Source: Amphiscolops sp. MND2022
Taxonomy: Eukaryota
Direction of reading: 5' to 3'
Length of the DNA stretch: 64,000 nucleotides
Assembly (NCBI GenBank): GCA_964187785.1
Contig: OZ076417.1
Coordinates: forward strand, 46,934,001 to 46,998,000
In this document: positions 11,467 to 22,405 of the stretch, one piece after another
Numbering within the stretch: position 1 is the stretch's first letter
Layout of the letters: each line of letters begins with the position of its first letter
The notes under the pieces: model-generated
Database searches by the model: none
The model's input: the letters and a program-made list of their open reading frames with translations, nothing else
What the model was told of the DNA's origin: nothing
Position numbers and translations under genes: made by a program

Positions 11467-14400
11467 ATGACAACAACTAAAAACAACATACTACTACCAT
11501 ATCTCGAAGATACCGGATTGGACGGGAAAAGGTTATACACACCCAAAGAATGGACCGAACGATTGCGACACTATATAAAACGAATCCACAACATCGACAT
11601 AAAACCGGCACTATCCGGAGAAACAATGCCAACAAGTAACGAATGGACAACAAAAGAACCCGAAATACGACAGGATTTCATCTGGGGAGCAGGACCTTCG
11701 GCAATAGAAACAATCACTAAAGGGGAATTCAACACGGACCCCGACACCATCAACACAGAAAAACTTATCCAACTATTCAAAGACTATTATATGCCAAAAC
11801 GAAACACCTACCACAGCCGAGGGGACTTCTTCTGGGCAAAACAAGAAGAAAATGAAACACCGGAAGAACACTGGCGGAAACTAGTATCATTGGAAAAGAA
11901 CTGCGAATTCAAAGATATTAAACAAGAAGACCTATTAATATCAAAGTTTATCACCAGCATCACCGACAAAAAACTACGGGAAAAACTTATACGCGAAAAA
12001 ACACTTGACCTAAAAACAACAATGGACCTGGTAACCCAAGACAGCTACGAAAAACGGCACCGACAATCAACGATACCACCAGCACTGGCGAAAGAAAAAG
12101 AAATAAAAGAAGAACCAATACAGAAAATACAACCACAAAACAAACAAAACCCCCAGAGAAAAACCGGCGAAACATCAAAAACCAACAACTGCGGATTCTG
12201 CGGACAAAAGAATTGGTCACCCTTACACAAATGTCCGGCAAAAACGGTAGAATGCAATAACTGCCACAAAATGGGACACTTCGCAAGAGTATGCCGCAGC
12301 AAAAACAACAATACAAGAAAACAAAAGATCAATTATCTCGAAGAAACATACAATGAAGAAGACGAAAGCGAACCGGAAGAAATACAACAAATCACACAAA
12401 TTAACAGAGTATTACCGGATGAAAACGACAATTACGGGATCAAATTGAAAGTTAACGGTAGATACCAAAACTTTACCATCGACACCGGCTCTCCGGTCAC
12501 AATAATGCCAAACAACCCAAAATTATACAACCCAAGAGATATCAAACCGCTCAAAGAAAGATACCAGGACGTGAACAAAAACGAGATCAAATTCCTCGGG
12601 AAAATATGGGCAGACATTGAACACAATGGAAAAACCACAAAACTACCGATATTAATCACACAAAGAGACGACATTACACCCCTATTAGGTGTAAACTGGC
12701 TAAAACGACTACCAATTACCATTAACAAAATTTCATTGGACGAACCTACCAACCAATCAGAAAATATTTACACAAAATTCAACAAGCTATTCGAAAGCAA
12801 CCATACAATCAAGAATATAGAAGTAAAGATCCAAATCAAACCAGGATGCTACCCCATACAACAAAAAGCGCGACCGGTACCATACCACCTACAGAAAGAC
12901 GTGAAAAATGAACTAGACCGATTAATAAAATCCGGACACCTTGAAAGACTAGAAACAATCGAAGAAGATTGTTTCGTATCACCCGTAGTAATTACGGTGA
13001 AAAAGGACAAAACCGTGAAAATTGCACTAGATGCACGAAAACTCAACGAAAGCTGTATAAAGAAAAGACCACACATGCCAAACATGGAGGAACTATTAAA
13101 CCAAATATCCGCCGAATTATCCAAGAATGACCACGACCCAATTTGGATATCCGTAATAGACCTCGATTACGCATACGGACAAATGAAACTAGCACCAGAA
13201 ACCAGCAGACACTGCAATTTCGCAATGACAGGCGAAACAATCAATGGATATTACCGATTCCTAAAGGGATTCTACGGTCCAGCAGATATACCAACCATCT
13301 TCCAAGAGAAGATAGATAGAACTCTGGGACACCAAACACCAGTCTGGTTAGACGACATTATAGTCGTCACACGCGGAACAAAAGAAGAACACACCCGAAA
13401 ACTATATTCGGTACTGACCAAACTGGAAGACGAAGGATATCGGGCAAGCAAGAAAAAATCGAAGTTTTACCAAAAAGAGACGATATGGCTTGGACACACG
13501 ATATCACAAGACGGAATTAGACCAAACAAAGAGAAAACAGACGCAATAAACAAGCTAGAACCACCAACAAACACCAAGACATTAAAGTCATTCCTCGGAG
13601 CAATACAGTATTTTGCAAAATTCATACCGAACCTATCCGAAAAAACAGATAACATGAGACAACTACTCAAGAAGGGAACAAAGTGGGAATGGACCACCGA
13701 ACGAAATTCGGACTTCAATAAAATAAAAAACGAACTAACAACACTGCCTTGCCTTGCACATTACAACGGAAATAAAGAAAATATTGTAACGACCGACGCC
13801 TGCAAAACCGGCTTAGGGATAGCACTATGGCAAAAACAAGGGAATGGAGAATTAAAACCAATAGCGTACGCCAGCCGCTACCTAAATGATGCAGAAAAAA
13901 AATATTCCATCGGCGAATTAGAGTTACTAGCCGTCGTTTGGGGTTTAGAAAGGTTCCGATTTTATCTGTACGGAAAACAAGTCCAACTATTTTCGGACCA
14001 TCAAGCACTAGAACCCCTTTTAAAACGGAACAAAATGAATAAACAATACAGCGCACGGCTAACGAGATGGCTAGACAGATTAAACCACTTCGACATCTGT
14101 CTAAAACATACCGCCGGAAAAGAAATCAAATTCACCGATTTTATTAGCCGAAATCCAACCGAAAATCCAGAACCGGAAGAAAATTACGAAGAAGAATTTG
14201 TCATTAACGCCATCGCGCAACTAATTACGGTAAACGCCCGCATAGGACGGATTTTCAACCAATCAAATCTAATGAACACGGATAATGAAACAAACATGCT
14301 TGGCACGCGCTCGCTAATTGAGACGCGGCGTCGACAAACAAACAATAGCCATACTCACTTCAATTACCGCATAGAACAGCACTCCACTGAAATTGATAAT

Positions 14401-16200
14401 TCAGAAATGAATAACAACGACAACAATGCACGTTTCTTCCGAATGGACGGCCAATTACGTTACCATTGGGGAGCAGATGATGAAATTATGAACATCATCA
14501 ACAGAAGAGAAAAATCACCCGAAACTACGAATCTAGTAAAGAGAAGAATCGAACTCGCAAGGCCAGGCGCAATGAGGCCACAATGGAACAAGAACTTGGG
14601 TAGAGAAATCTACATACCAAGAAGACCGGAGGAAGACGAGAGGAGAGAGATAAAACGCATCGACATACAACTGAAAAGAAAAGAAAGGGAATCCCACATC
14701 GGCGGAGGCTATTTCCAAGACTTCGGAGATGAAATACCACAAAGGCAGCCACAAGAACAACAACAATCAACCAACAACGAGACAAATAGAGATACGGAAT
14801 CTACCACCTCCAACAACTCCGAAGACGCGGTGGCGACACACGAGCCCGGAGCCTATCCAGCAATACCGGTCCAAGAGTATAGAGACGGACCAATAGAGGA
14901 AATTGCTGTTCACTATGTGAGAATCAACCGCATAGTTGAACAAAAAGCTAAAAGGAACAAACAACAAGAGGACAACATCAGATCAGCCGAGCTGGATTTT
15001 ATGCTGGATCTGGAGACCTTAATCAAAGAAACGGCTGCCGACCCAGACCTCATCGAACTCAATTGCTGCATAGAGGACAATAACATGGAGCAGATCCCAC
15101 AGAACTACAAAACAGTGGCCAAAAAACTAACACACCGATGGGGCATCATAATGGTCGACGACCGCATCATAATACCGAAGTCATTACGATACGCAGCCTT
15201 AAACGCCCTACATTTTGGACACCCCGGCATCAACAAGATGTGCAACGATGCGGCCATATTCTGGTGGCCGAACATGCGGGAACATATCGAGAAAAAGTCG
15301 AAGACATGCTCAGCCTGCCTGAATGCCGGTAAGAATCTAAAATTCCAGTTACCAACGACCGAGAAAACTAAGATCGAACCACCGGAAAAACCGGGAGAAG
15401 AGATTCAAATAGATTTCACCGGAAATCTACATAACAAGAAACTAACCTCCCACCCTTTTATACTAGTTGCGGTTGACAAAAACAGCCGCTGGCCGGTGGC
15501 AAAAATATGCAAAAATACAAACCACGAAACCGTAACTTCATTCCTGAATGAATACATAAATGTATACGGCGTACCAAAACGAATAAAATCAGACAGAGGC
15601 GGCGCGTTTATATCCAAAGAATATAAAGAGTTTTGCAGGTCGCAAAACATTGACCGTAACTACGGCACAGCCAACCTACATACTGGCACCGGATTGGTCG
15701 AACGAACCATCCAATCACTGAAGAACCTAATATTAGCCAACCTTGAAGATGACCAAAACTTACGCGAAAGCGTAAATAGAGCACTATACGTCCTACGTTT
15801 CACGGTACACTCAGAAACTAAGAAAACCCCCTTTGAATCCCACTTTGGACGTGAACCGAGAACTAAACTACTAAACCTGAAAAACTCTGTTTTAGTGGAC
15901 TCCAAAGACCTCTCAGTCTATATCACCCGAAATTCAACCGGAGAAATAACCGACCACTTGGTCATGTCAAAGAAAAAGACGGTGGAGCCCAAATTCAGAC
16001 GGGGCATGACATTCTCACAGACAAAGAAACCGACTAGTTCGGTAAGTACAAATAAATTCCAATATCCTTTCAAATTTTACGAAAAAAACTACAAGAAAGG
16101 ATCACTGGAAAGCAAATTCAAAAAAAAATCCAAACGGCCGTATCAGGAACTAAACATACGGTCACTACCGACAAGAACAAAATACTACACCGAAAACTAA
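11467..16200 (+). CDS. gag-pol: Gag-Pol polyprotein (gag, two zinc knuckles, PR, RT, RNase H, integrase), 1577 aa as assembled
   Basis: CGFCGQKNWSPLHKC and CNNCHKMGHFARVC knuckles; FTIDTGS protease; RT IDLDYAYGQ and VWLDDII; RNase H TTDACKTG / ELELLAV / SDHQAL; IN HFGH...CSAC, IQIDF, SDRGGAF, GLVERTI. Confidence 0.97.
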   Translation: MTTTKNNILLPYLEDTGLDGKRLYTPKEWTERLRHYIKRIHNIDIKPALSGETMPTSNEWTTKEPEIRQDFIWGAGPSAIETITKGEFNTDPDTINTEKLIQLFKDYYMPKRNTYHSRGDFFWAKQEENETPEEHWRKLVSLEKNCEFKDIKQEDLLISKFITSITDKKLREKLIREKTLDLKTTMDLVTQDSYEKRHRQSTIPPALAKEKEIKEEPIQKIQPQNKQNPQRKTGETSKTNNCGFCGQKNWSPLHKCPAKTVECNNCHKMGHFARVCRSKNNNTRKQKINYLEETYNEEDESEPEEIQQITQINRVLPDENDNYGIKLKVNGRYQNFTIDTGSPVTIMPNNPKLYNPRDIKPLKERYQDVNKNEIKFLGKIWADIEHNGKTTKLPILITQRDDITPLLGVNWLKRLPITINKISLDEPTNQSENIYTKFNKLFESNHTIKNIEVKIQIKPGCYPIQQKARPVPYHLQKDVKNELDRLIKSGHLERLETIEEDCFVSPVVITVKKDKTVKIALDARKLNESCIKKRPHMPNMEELLNQISAELSKNDHDPIWISVIDLDYAYGQMKLAPETSRHCNFAMTGETINGYYRFLKGFYGPADIPTIFQEKIDRTLGHQTPVWLDDIIVVTRGTKEEHTRKLYSVLTKLEDEGYRASKKKSKFYQKETIWLGHTISQDGIRPNKEKTDAINKLEPPTNTKTLKSFLGAIQYFAKFIPNLSEKTDNMRQLLKKGTKWEWTTERNSDFNKIKNELTTLPCLAHYNGNKENIVTTDACKTGLGIALWQKQGNGELKPIAYASRYLNDAEKKYSIGELELLAVVWGLERFRFYLYGKQVQLFSDHQALEPLLKRNKMNKQYSARLTRWLDRLNHFDICLKHTAGKEIKFTDFISRNPTENPEPEENYEEEFVINAIAQLITVNARIGRIFNQSNLMNTDNETNMLGTRSLIETRRRQTNNSHTHFNYRIEQHSTEIDNSEMNNNDNNARFFRMDGQLRYHWGADDEIMNIINRREKSPETTNLVKRRIELARPGAMRPQWNKNLGREIYIPRRPEEDERREIKRIDIQLKRKERESHIGGGYFQDFGDEIPQRQPQEQQQSTNNETNRDTESTTSNNSEDAVATHEPGAYPAIPVQEYRDGPIEEIAVHYVRINRIVEQKAKRNKQQEDNIRSAELDFMLDLETLIKETAADPDLIELNCCIEDNNMEQIPQNYKTVAKKLTHRWGIIMVDDRIIIPKSLRYAALNALHFGHPGINKMCNDAAIFWWPNMREHIEKKSKTCSACLNAGKNLKFQLPTTEKTKIEPPEKPGEEIQIDFTGNLHNKKLTSHPFILVAVDKNSRWPVAKICKNTNHETVTSFLNEYINVYGVPKRIKSDRGGAFISKEYKEFCRSQNIDRNYGTANLHTGTGLVERTIQSLKNLILANLEDDQNLRESVNRALYVLRFTVHSETKKTPFESHFGREPRTKLLNLKNSVLVDSKDLSVYITRNSTGEITDHLVMSKKKTVEPKFRRGMTFSQTKKPTSSVSTNKFQYPFKFYEKNYKKGSLESKFKKKSKRPYQELNIRSLPTRTKYYTEN

Positions 16201-16940
16201 TCTCTAACCCACTACCTTTTCAGCAAGCAACTACAGCACCGATGAAACGAATGAACACCCGCAATAACACAGCTGATCAACCGACATGCTCAAAAACACT
16301 GGATACAACAAACAACAACGGAGCCCCTTGTATCTACAGCCGAAAAGAACCACCCAAACCCACAAGCCACGAAAGAAGTGAAGACTGGGTAAAAAGAAGG
16401 GACCCACCAAGAAACAATAAAGGGCAATTCACATCCCCCAACAAAAACACGGAAACCGATCTGAACCTGAGCATCATATCGGATGACGAATTTGACTGCT
16501 ATAACAAATCAGAAGGGAAGCCAATTCAGACAAACCCAGACGACGAACTGCAACTGCTCCCAAAAGAAAACAATTTAACCCCGGAACAAGGTAGATATAA
16601 AAAGAAAAACCAAACAAAACCGAAAGAACCGGTCAGAAGATCAAATAGATTACCCTTTGCAAAACAAACCGAAAAATTAGGCGGAGTACCGTACCACACA
16701 AATAACAATAAGAAAAAATTAACTTATAATGACAATTTATTACAGGAAACAACAACGGAGACAACGGAGAGTAATGAAGAAGGAAACAACCGTCCAATGC
16801 GGAAAGACGAAGAAGAAATCCGTACAATACGGCCATACAAGATGCCACAACAAACTTTCACCGGACCACTCCGGAGGAGGGGGAATGTGACATCATATCA
16901 ACACCATGACCTCCAAACCCACCGCAACATACGGCATTAG
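16121..16940 (+). CDS. C-terminal continuation of Pol in the -1 frame (includes ORF 16242-16940)
   Basis: The -1 frame is open from the A9 run at 16120-16128 (KIQTAVSGTKHTVTTDKNKILHRKLISNP...) into ORF 16242-16940, which crosses the PPT and stops inside the 3' LTR. Confidence 0.75.
16873..16885 (+). promoter_or_regulatory. Polypurine tract of element D
   Basis: GGAGGAGGGGGAA directly before the 3' LTR TG. Confidence 0.92.
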
Positions 16941-17106
16941 ACAGAGAGACGTATTTACCAACAAACTCTAATTACTGTCAATTTATGTTTGTACTACATA
17001 CATACCATTAGTATAGTTTGAGATACCGCTGAATAGTCACTATAAAGATATAGTCTATTTTCTAGCCTACCCATCTGTTTTTACATTAGAGATTGAGAAT
17101 ACAACA
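16886..17106 (+). repeat. 3' LTR of element D
   Basis: Identical copy of 11187-11407, followed by TSD CAGTC. Confidence 0.98.
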
Positions 17107-18185
17107 CAGTCCATGTTTGAAATGAAGGAACCTCACAGGTTGCAGACACCTGTCATCTGTAACTATGCAAGTTTTTTATGTCCCTGATTTTTTCATTTTT
17201 TCCAAAATTACTTTCAACTTAGTGGAAGTTCAATATTGTTATACCGGAAATTTTAGATTTCAGCAATTTTCGCTTTTATATAATCATGAATAAATTATTT
17301 TTTAAAAAGTTTCCAAACGGATTCTTCGCTTTTTAAAAAAAATCCACCGCTGTGATCTTCTTTATCTAAGAACCATTAGACACAGGTACAACATATTGAT
17401 GAGAAAGGACACGAAGCGGAGCCATTTGGTCTCACCTAGTTTTTGATTCACAATTTGAAAATTGAAAAGACCAAAATTTTTACTGAACTCGACGCATATT
17501 GTTTCTCGAGAAAAACCGAAAAATATATGTAACTTCAAGAGTAATGTATCGTAATACTACGCTTTACTTAATGCATATCATTTCAGAGACCGATCGTTTC
17601 CGAGACCTAATGAACTCGTTTGAAGCTCTGTTATTATTCTAGAAGGTTGTACGAGCAAAACGCACAGTGGCACTGTGATATGTTTCGAAAACTGTTACGA
17701 CAGAAAACTTCCAAGGGGATATTTCATGGTACAATAGACTTTTCCTTAATCCAAAATGTCTCGCGTTTTCTGAACTGAAAACAATTACAAAAGCAGGTCC
17801 TCCACAATTAATGAGAACATGGTCATCTGTCCCACAGAGCAACTAATTTTGCAAAGAGGTGACCCTTAAGACCAAAAGTGACCACCAAAGGTAACCATCT
17901 TAAGAGGTGATCATCAAGAAAAATGTCTTGATAAATCAAAAATGGCAGAAAAAGTTTTTCGGAAAAAATTCTCAGGTGGTCGCACAGTGCAGAAACACCC
18001 CATGGGGACCTCTATGATCGCAAAACGCTTTGTTTTTCCTCAAAATCATAGCGGCGCTAATACTGAAAAACATCGGTGAAAAGGTCCAGAGTGCCAATAA
18101 GCCCCAAAATGGGGATTCTTTGGTATCCCTTTTGCACTTCCGAGCGCAAAAAAAACAGGTCCACGGGACTCGAACCCATTCCGAA

Positions 18186-18354
18186 TTTGAAACAACGGAT
18201 GTAAAGGCGATGAACTTTTGTTCTCTAAACACTCGTGTTTACCTTACGATAGAAAACCGATGGTTTCTTGATGAGAAATTCCAATTTGCAATTTGAAACA
18301 ACCGATGTAAAAACGATGAACTTTTGGTCTCTAAACACTCGTGTTTACCTTACG
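18186..18354. repeat. Direct repeat, ~65-bp shared block at ~106-bp period
   Basis: ATTTGAAACAAC.GATGTAAA..CGATGAACTTTTG.TCTCTAAACACTCGTGTTTACCTTACG occurs twice. Confidence 0.85.
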
Positions 18355-20125
18355 TTTCAAATAAAGTAATCTCAATCTTTTTACAATATTTGTATATAAA
18401 ATACACATTACATTATGGCTTTTTTCGGTTCTCATGGCTACCCTTGTGAATTCACCCATGTAATTATGTAATTTAGTCAAATTAGTGTACCAGTCAAAGT
18501 CAACAGTGTGAAACAGTCAAACTAATTACCGACTGCAATATAAATGTGAAGAGTTTTTGTTAAATAAGAAAGCAATAAGATGTATTGTTTGGTTGGTGTA
18601 AAGTAGTCAAACTTTGATCACTTTCCCCGTTTTCATTGAGTGATATTTCTAAGTACTCAAAAAGTGAATTCTAGTCGAAGATTGACTAATTTACGCTTCA
18701 CACACATTACGGAATTGAGTCAATTGAATGTTGAACTTTCTTGACTGGTTTCCACTTTTCTCCAATTACGCTCAATGATCACAATCCGCAATTTCTGGTT
18801 ACACTGTGCATCAAAATTCGCGATGAACACATTGCACTGTTTGACTAGAATACGGATCGCTCTCGTTTTACGGAAAATACACATTACACTAGATGATAAA
18901 ATCCACTTTTGCGGCATATGTATCGTAATGTGTACACGGAGAGACACCCATTGTTGACCGCGGTAATGGCTAGGCTAAGGGGAATATCATGCCGCATAAG
19001 AATCGAATCGAAGTTTGAAAATTTGACGTTATGGCAGAAAATTACTGCAGAAACCCGGTTTTACGTGCTTGTGGGACGTGTCTGGATTCTGAGTGTGCGA
19101 GCATGACGCTTCGGAGCTCTAAAACGAGGAGTCTCCTCGACTTTAGACAAGTCACCCAGGAGAGACCGTTTTTGGGAGAAAAACTGATGTTTAGGATTGT
19201 AATTAGACTATGGTCTCCAGTCCAAACAACCTAAGCCTTGTCGCAGCTCTAGTATGTGTTCCTTGTGCTTCCTTTTGCTGGACGTTACTATAAGTAAGTT
19301 ATCTTTCTCTGAAGACAAATTTTGAATTTACTTTCAATATCGCACTCTAGCTTGTTTCAGTGTCTATGTACCATTTCGTAAGTTACGTTCTCCTTTTTGC
19401 ATTTTTGTTAGCCGTGACTTCAAATTCCCTCTCAGATGCACGTGCATTTTGACTGATCTTTTTTCTGGTGTTATAAGCGCTGGGTGGAGAAAGTTCACTT
19501 TTTAGAATGGAGCGTAAACAGTTGGTTCAAGATTACAGTTTTTCTCAAAGATCAAATATTAATGCGAGCAACAAAAGTAAAAATTTGAGTGATCAGACTA
19601 ATTTTTTCAAACCAGAGGCGCGCGGAGTTCTCACACCTGTACTTTACGCAATTCAGGCCAGCGGTCCCTCTAAGGCAGGAACGGATGTGTGAAACCTTTC
19701 CTCAAAACTCATGGAAGGATTCAAGATTTACATTCCTGCCCAAGTCTCATTTACTCCGTCTTTTCAGGACGCCGAACTTGGCACTGAAATTCATTATCTT
19801 AGCCAATTAATGCAAAATGAACGATGCCAAATGATAATTTCGAAAGTAAAATGTAAAAAGCTCACAAAAGCGCGATTGACGACTGTGGTGACAAAAACTG
19901 AATAATGCTAGTAATAATTTCACTTCGTCAACTAATTTTTACTGGACCACGAAATCACAGCAGTAGAACAAAGGAAGTTGAAATTCACACCTCAATCGCT
20001 CACTAGTAATATTTGACTTTGGAGCCTGTTTCCAGTCATAAAAAGGCTACTTACATCGCCTTACTTTTGTCTGCATCTTAAAATAACTAACTTTTAACTG
20101 GATTTCGGTAAATAACCTGGGACTG

Positions 20126-21174
20126 CCCGGGTTGACCCTCTTACTAGCATCTTGGCTGTCTTGGCAAGATCTTGCCAAATTCTTACTATATCTTGGCAAC
20201 CATGGATCCCATGGCAAGATTCTTATTAAGATCTTACTAAAATAATACTTATTCCAAGATCGTATCTTATCACGATGGACAAAATTTTAAGATTATAAAA
20301 AAACACTATACCTTCGATACAAGCAACCGAGACTCAATCTAAGGGCTCATTTCACCCAACAACGACTATTTCTGCTCGTTTTCATAATCAAAATGCTTAA
20401 ATCTGCTGAAAAAATTTTGCATGCAAAAATGCGTGGAAAAATTTCGATAACGTAGTCTGGCTTCCAAAATTTTGACGAGAATCCTAATAACTGCTCACCT
20501 GTTTAGGACTGAGAAATGCGAACGTACCAAATGAAAGGTCCTTTCAAGGGCTTTCCAAAACTTGTAATTTATCACTCCTGTCGATTCCAGAGGCGGAGAA
20601 ATATGCTCTCAAACGTCCAGACCTACTATCGGAAAGTTACAAAGGAAAGACCTTAAAATCCTGAAATATTCGTAAGAATCATATTTCCAGCTTTTTTTGA
20701 GCCTGTTTCAACAGCCTTATTACTGCTAGAAACGGCGGTCGTTGCTCTAATTTGGGTAATGATTCGGCTCAAGGCTTTTCTGACGCCGTTGATGGCGACA
20801 GTTTTGCAATTGAAAGAACAATATCGATATCGAAATGGTTGTAAAATTCATTCAGTAATTTTGTTTTGAGTGATGTCTAGATTATTTTTCCATAACTCTT
20901 TATGTAATGGTTTTCCGATTCTACTTTTTCTCGATATCGAGCAGTTCGTAGCAATTTTTTTCTTGCCATATTGGGCTTCTTAGTAAGATTTTTCTTGCCA
21001 TATTGGGCTTCTTAGTAAGATTTTTCTTGGAAACATGGCTCTCTTGATAAGATCTTACCATGACATCTTACAATTCTTGGCAATATCTTGTCACGATCTT
21101 AGCTAAGATTTTCCAAGATCTTGGCAAGATCTTGCCAAGATCTTACTAAGATATCCATGGAGGGTCGACCCGGG
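20126..21174. mobile_element. Non-autonomous TIR DNA transposon (CACTA/EnSpm-like MITE), 1049 bp
   Basis: TIRs CCCGGGTTGACCCTC / GAGGGTCGACCCGGG (14/15 match), 2-bp TSD TG/TG, dense subterminal CAAGATCTTG repeats at both ends. Superfamily inferred from CCC termini plus 2-bp TSD. Confidence 0.75.
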
Positions 21175-21627
21175 TGAGCATTGGCTAAAGCGCAATTAAC
21201 AAATCACGAAACTTGGAAATTTTTGGGGGGTAGAACCAAGCTAAGTGTATCTTGTGATTAAAACTAATTGCACACATTGGACAGAAATGACTCAATTAAG
21301 GTGATTTTCTATCATTGTACGCTGGTAGTGTTACTTACATTTCTTGCTTTAATTGCACATCTTTTGATTTCAAGTATCAAACGGTTAAATGTAAATGGTA
21401 AGAAATTTGAGTTTGTCGCAGCTGAGGTTGCGACATGGAAACACATTTTTCAGAGCCTAAAAAGTCCAACTTTTGACTGAATTGTGGCACAAAGAAAGTG
21501 CTCAGAAACATTTCAAAATGCACTTTTGGTACTTTTAACACGAACTGGAGTTTTGTTTTTCTTCGGCTCTTGAGCTGGACGCCAACTATTGACACTAACG
21601 CCTAATTTGAAGTATAGGAGACCGCAA

Positions 21628-22405
21628 CCCATGTTGAGCACTCCCTGTGAATCTGTACAGATCTGCACAGATCCTGAGGGATATTCCAGGATTGTTCGAA
21701 AATTGAATAGTCATAAATTAGTTGGCAAAAAGTGCTCCACGAAAAAAACACACCTCTTATTTGAAGTTTTGAAAAAGTTTCTGTGCGAATCTACACAGAT
21801 CTGTACAGATCCTTGCAGATATTCCAGGATTTGTCAAAAATTAACCATACCAATAAATTACTATAACGTATTCCGTGTTTCCAGCAGTTACTAAAACTAC
21901 TCCAGCAAATTACGTTTCCGAAATATTACAACCACAGCACTCTATCATCACATCTACCAACCCAGAAGGTTGTCACATGTCAAATTTCATCCGTCAAAAC
22001 GAAGTCAATATGGCAAACGAGCCTCTCAAAGTTGAAAAACCACTTCTGGAAAGTTCAAGTGAGTTCAAGTGTATAACCAACATCGAACATTCCCCAGACA
22101 CCAAAATTACCGTGATGGGGACAAGATTTCCTGCTCAAGAATTTTGAGTGATGGAGAGTTTCAACTGACTGAGCCTTGGTCAGCAAAAATATCTACTGAA
22201 GAAGCAAAAAAATGAAATGCATAGTTTCACCAGAAGGTCCGGAAAAAATTTTCCTGTTAAATCTGTACAGAAAATCTTTGAACATCTGTAAAGATCCTTG
22301 CAGATCTGTAGTTGTCCTCACGTAGCAGTGGCACGATCTTTACAGATCCTCAAGGAAAATTGGCTCACAGATCTTTACAGATTCTCAAGGAAAGCTCAAC
22401 ATGGG
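21628..22405. mobile_element. Non-autonomous TIR DNA transposon (CACTA/EnSpm-like MITE), 778 bp
   Basis: Perfect 12-bp TIRs CCCATGTTGAGC / GCTCAACATGGG, 2-bp TSD AA/AA, subterminal ACAGATC repeats. Confidence 0.75.

Larger units (their letters stand above)
11187..17106 (+). mobile_element. Element D: near-intact, very young Ty3/Gypsy (Mag-type) LTR retrotransposon, 5920 bp
   Basis: Identical 221-bp TG...CA LTRs, 5-bp TSD CAGTC (11182-11186 and 17107-17111), PBS, PPT and a single gag-pol ORF. Confidence 0.98.

Noticed and set aside
11571-16848. Many minus-strand ORFs opposite element D gag-pol, and + strand ORFs opposite element C gag-pol (52902-59331)
   Set aside because: Shadow ORFs caused by the strongly A-rich codon bias of the coding strand; no motifs or splice support.
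17663-17677. CACAGTG-G-CACTGTG palindrome resembling RSS heptamers or Transib ends
   Set aside because: Only 15 bp, no TSD and no nonamer or extended TIR; compatible with chance.
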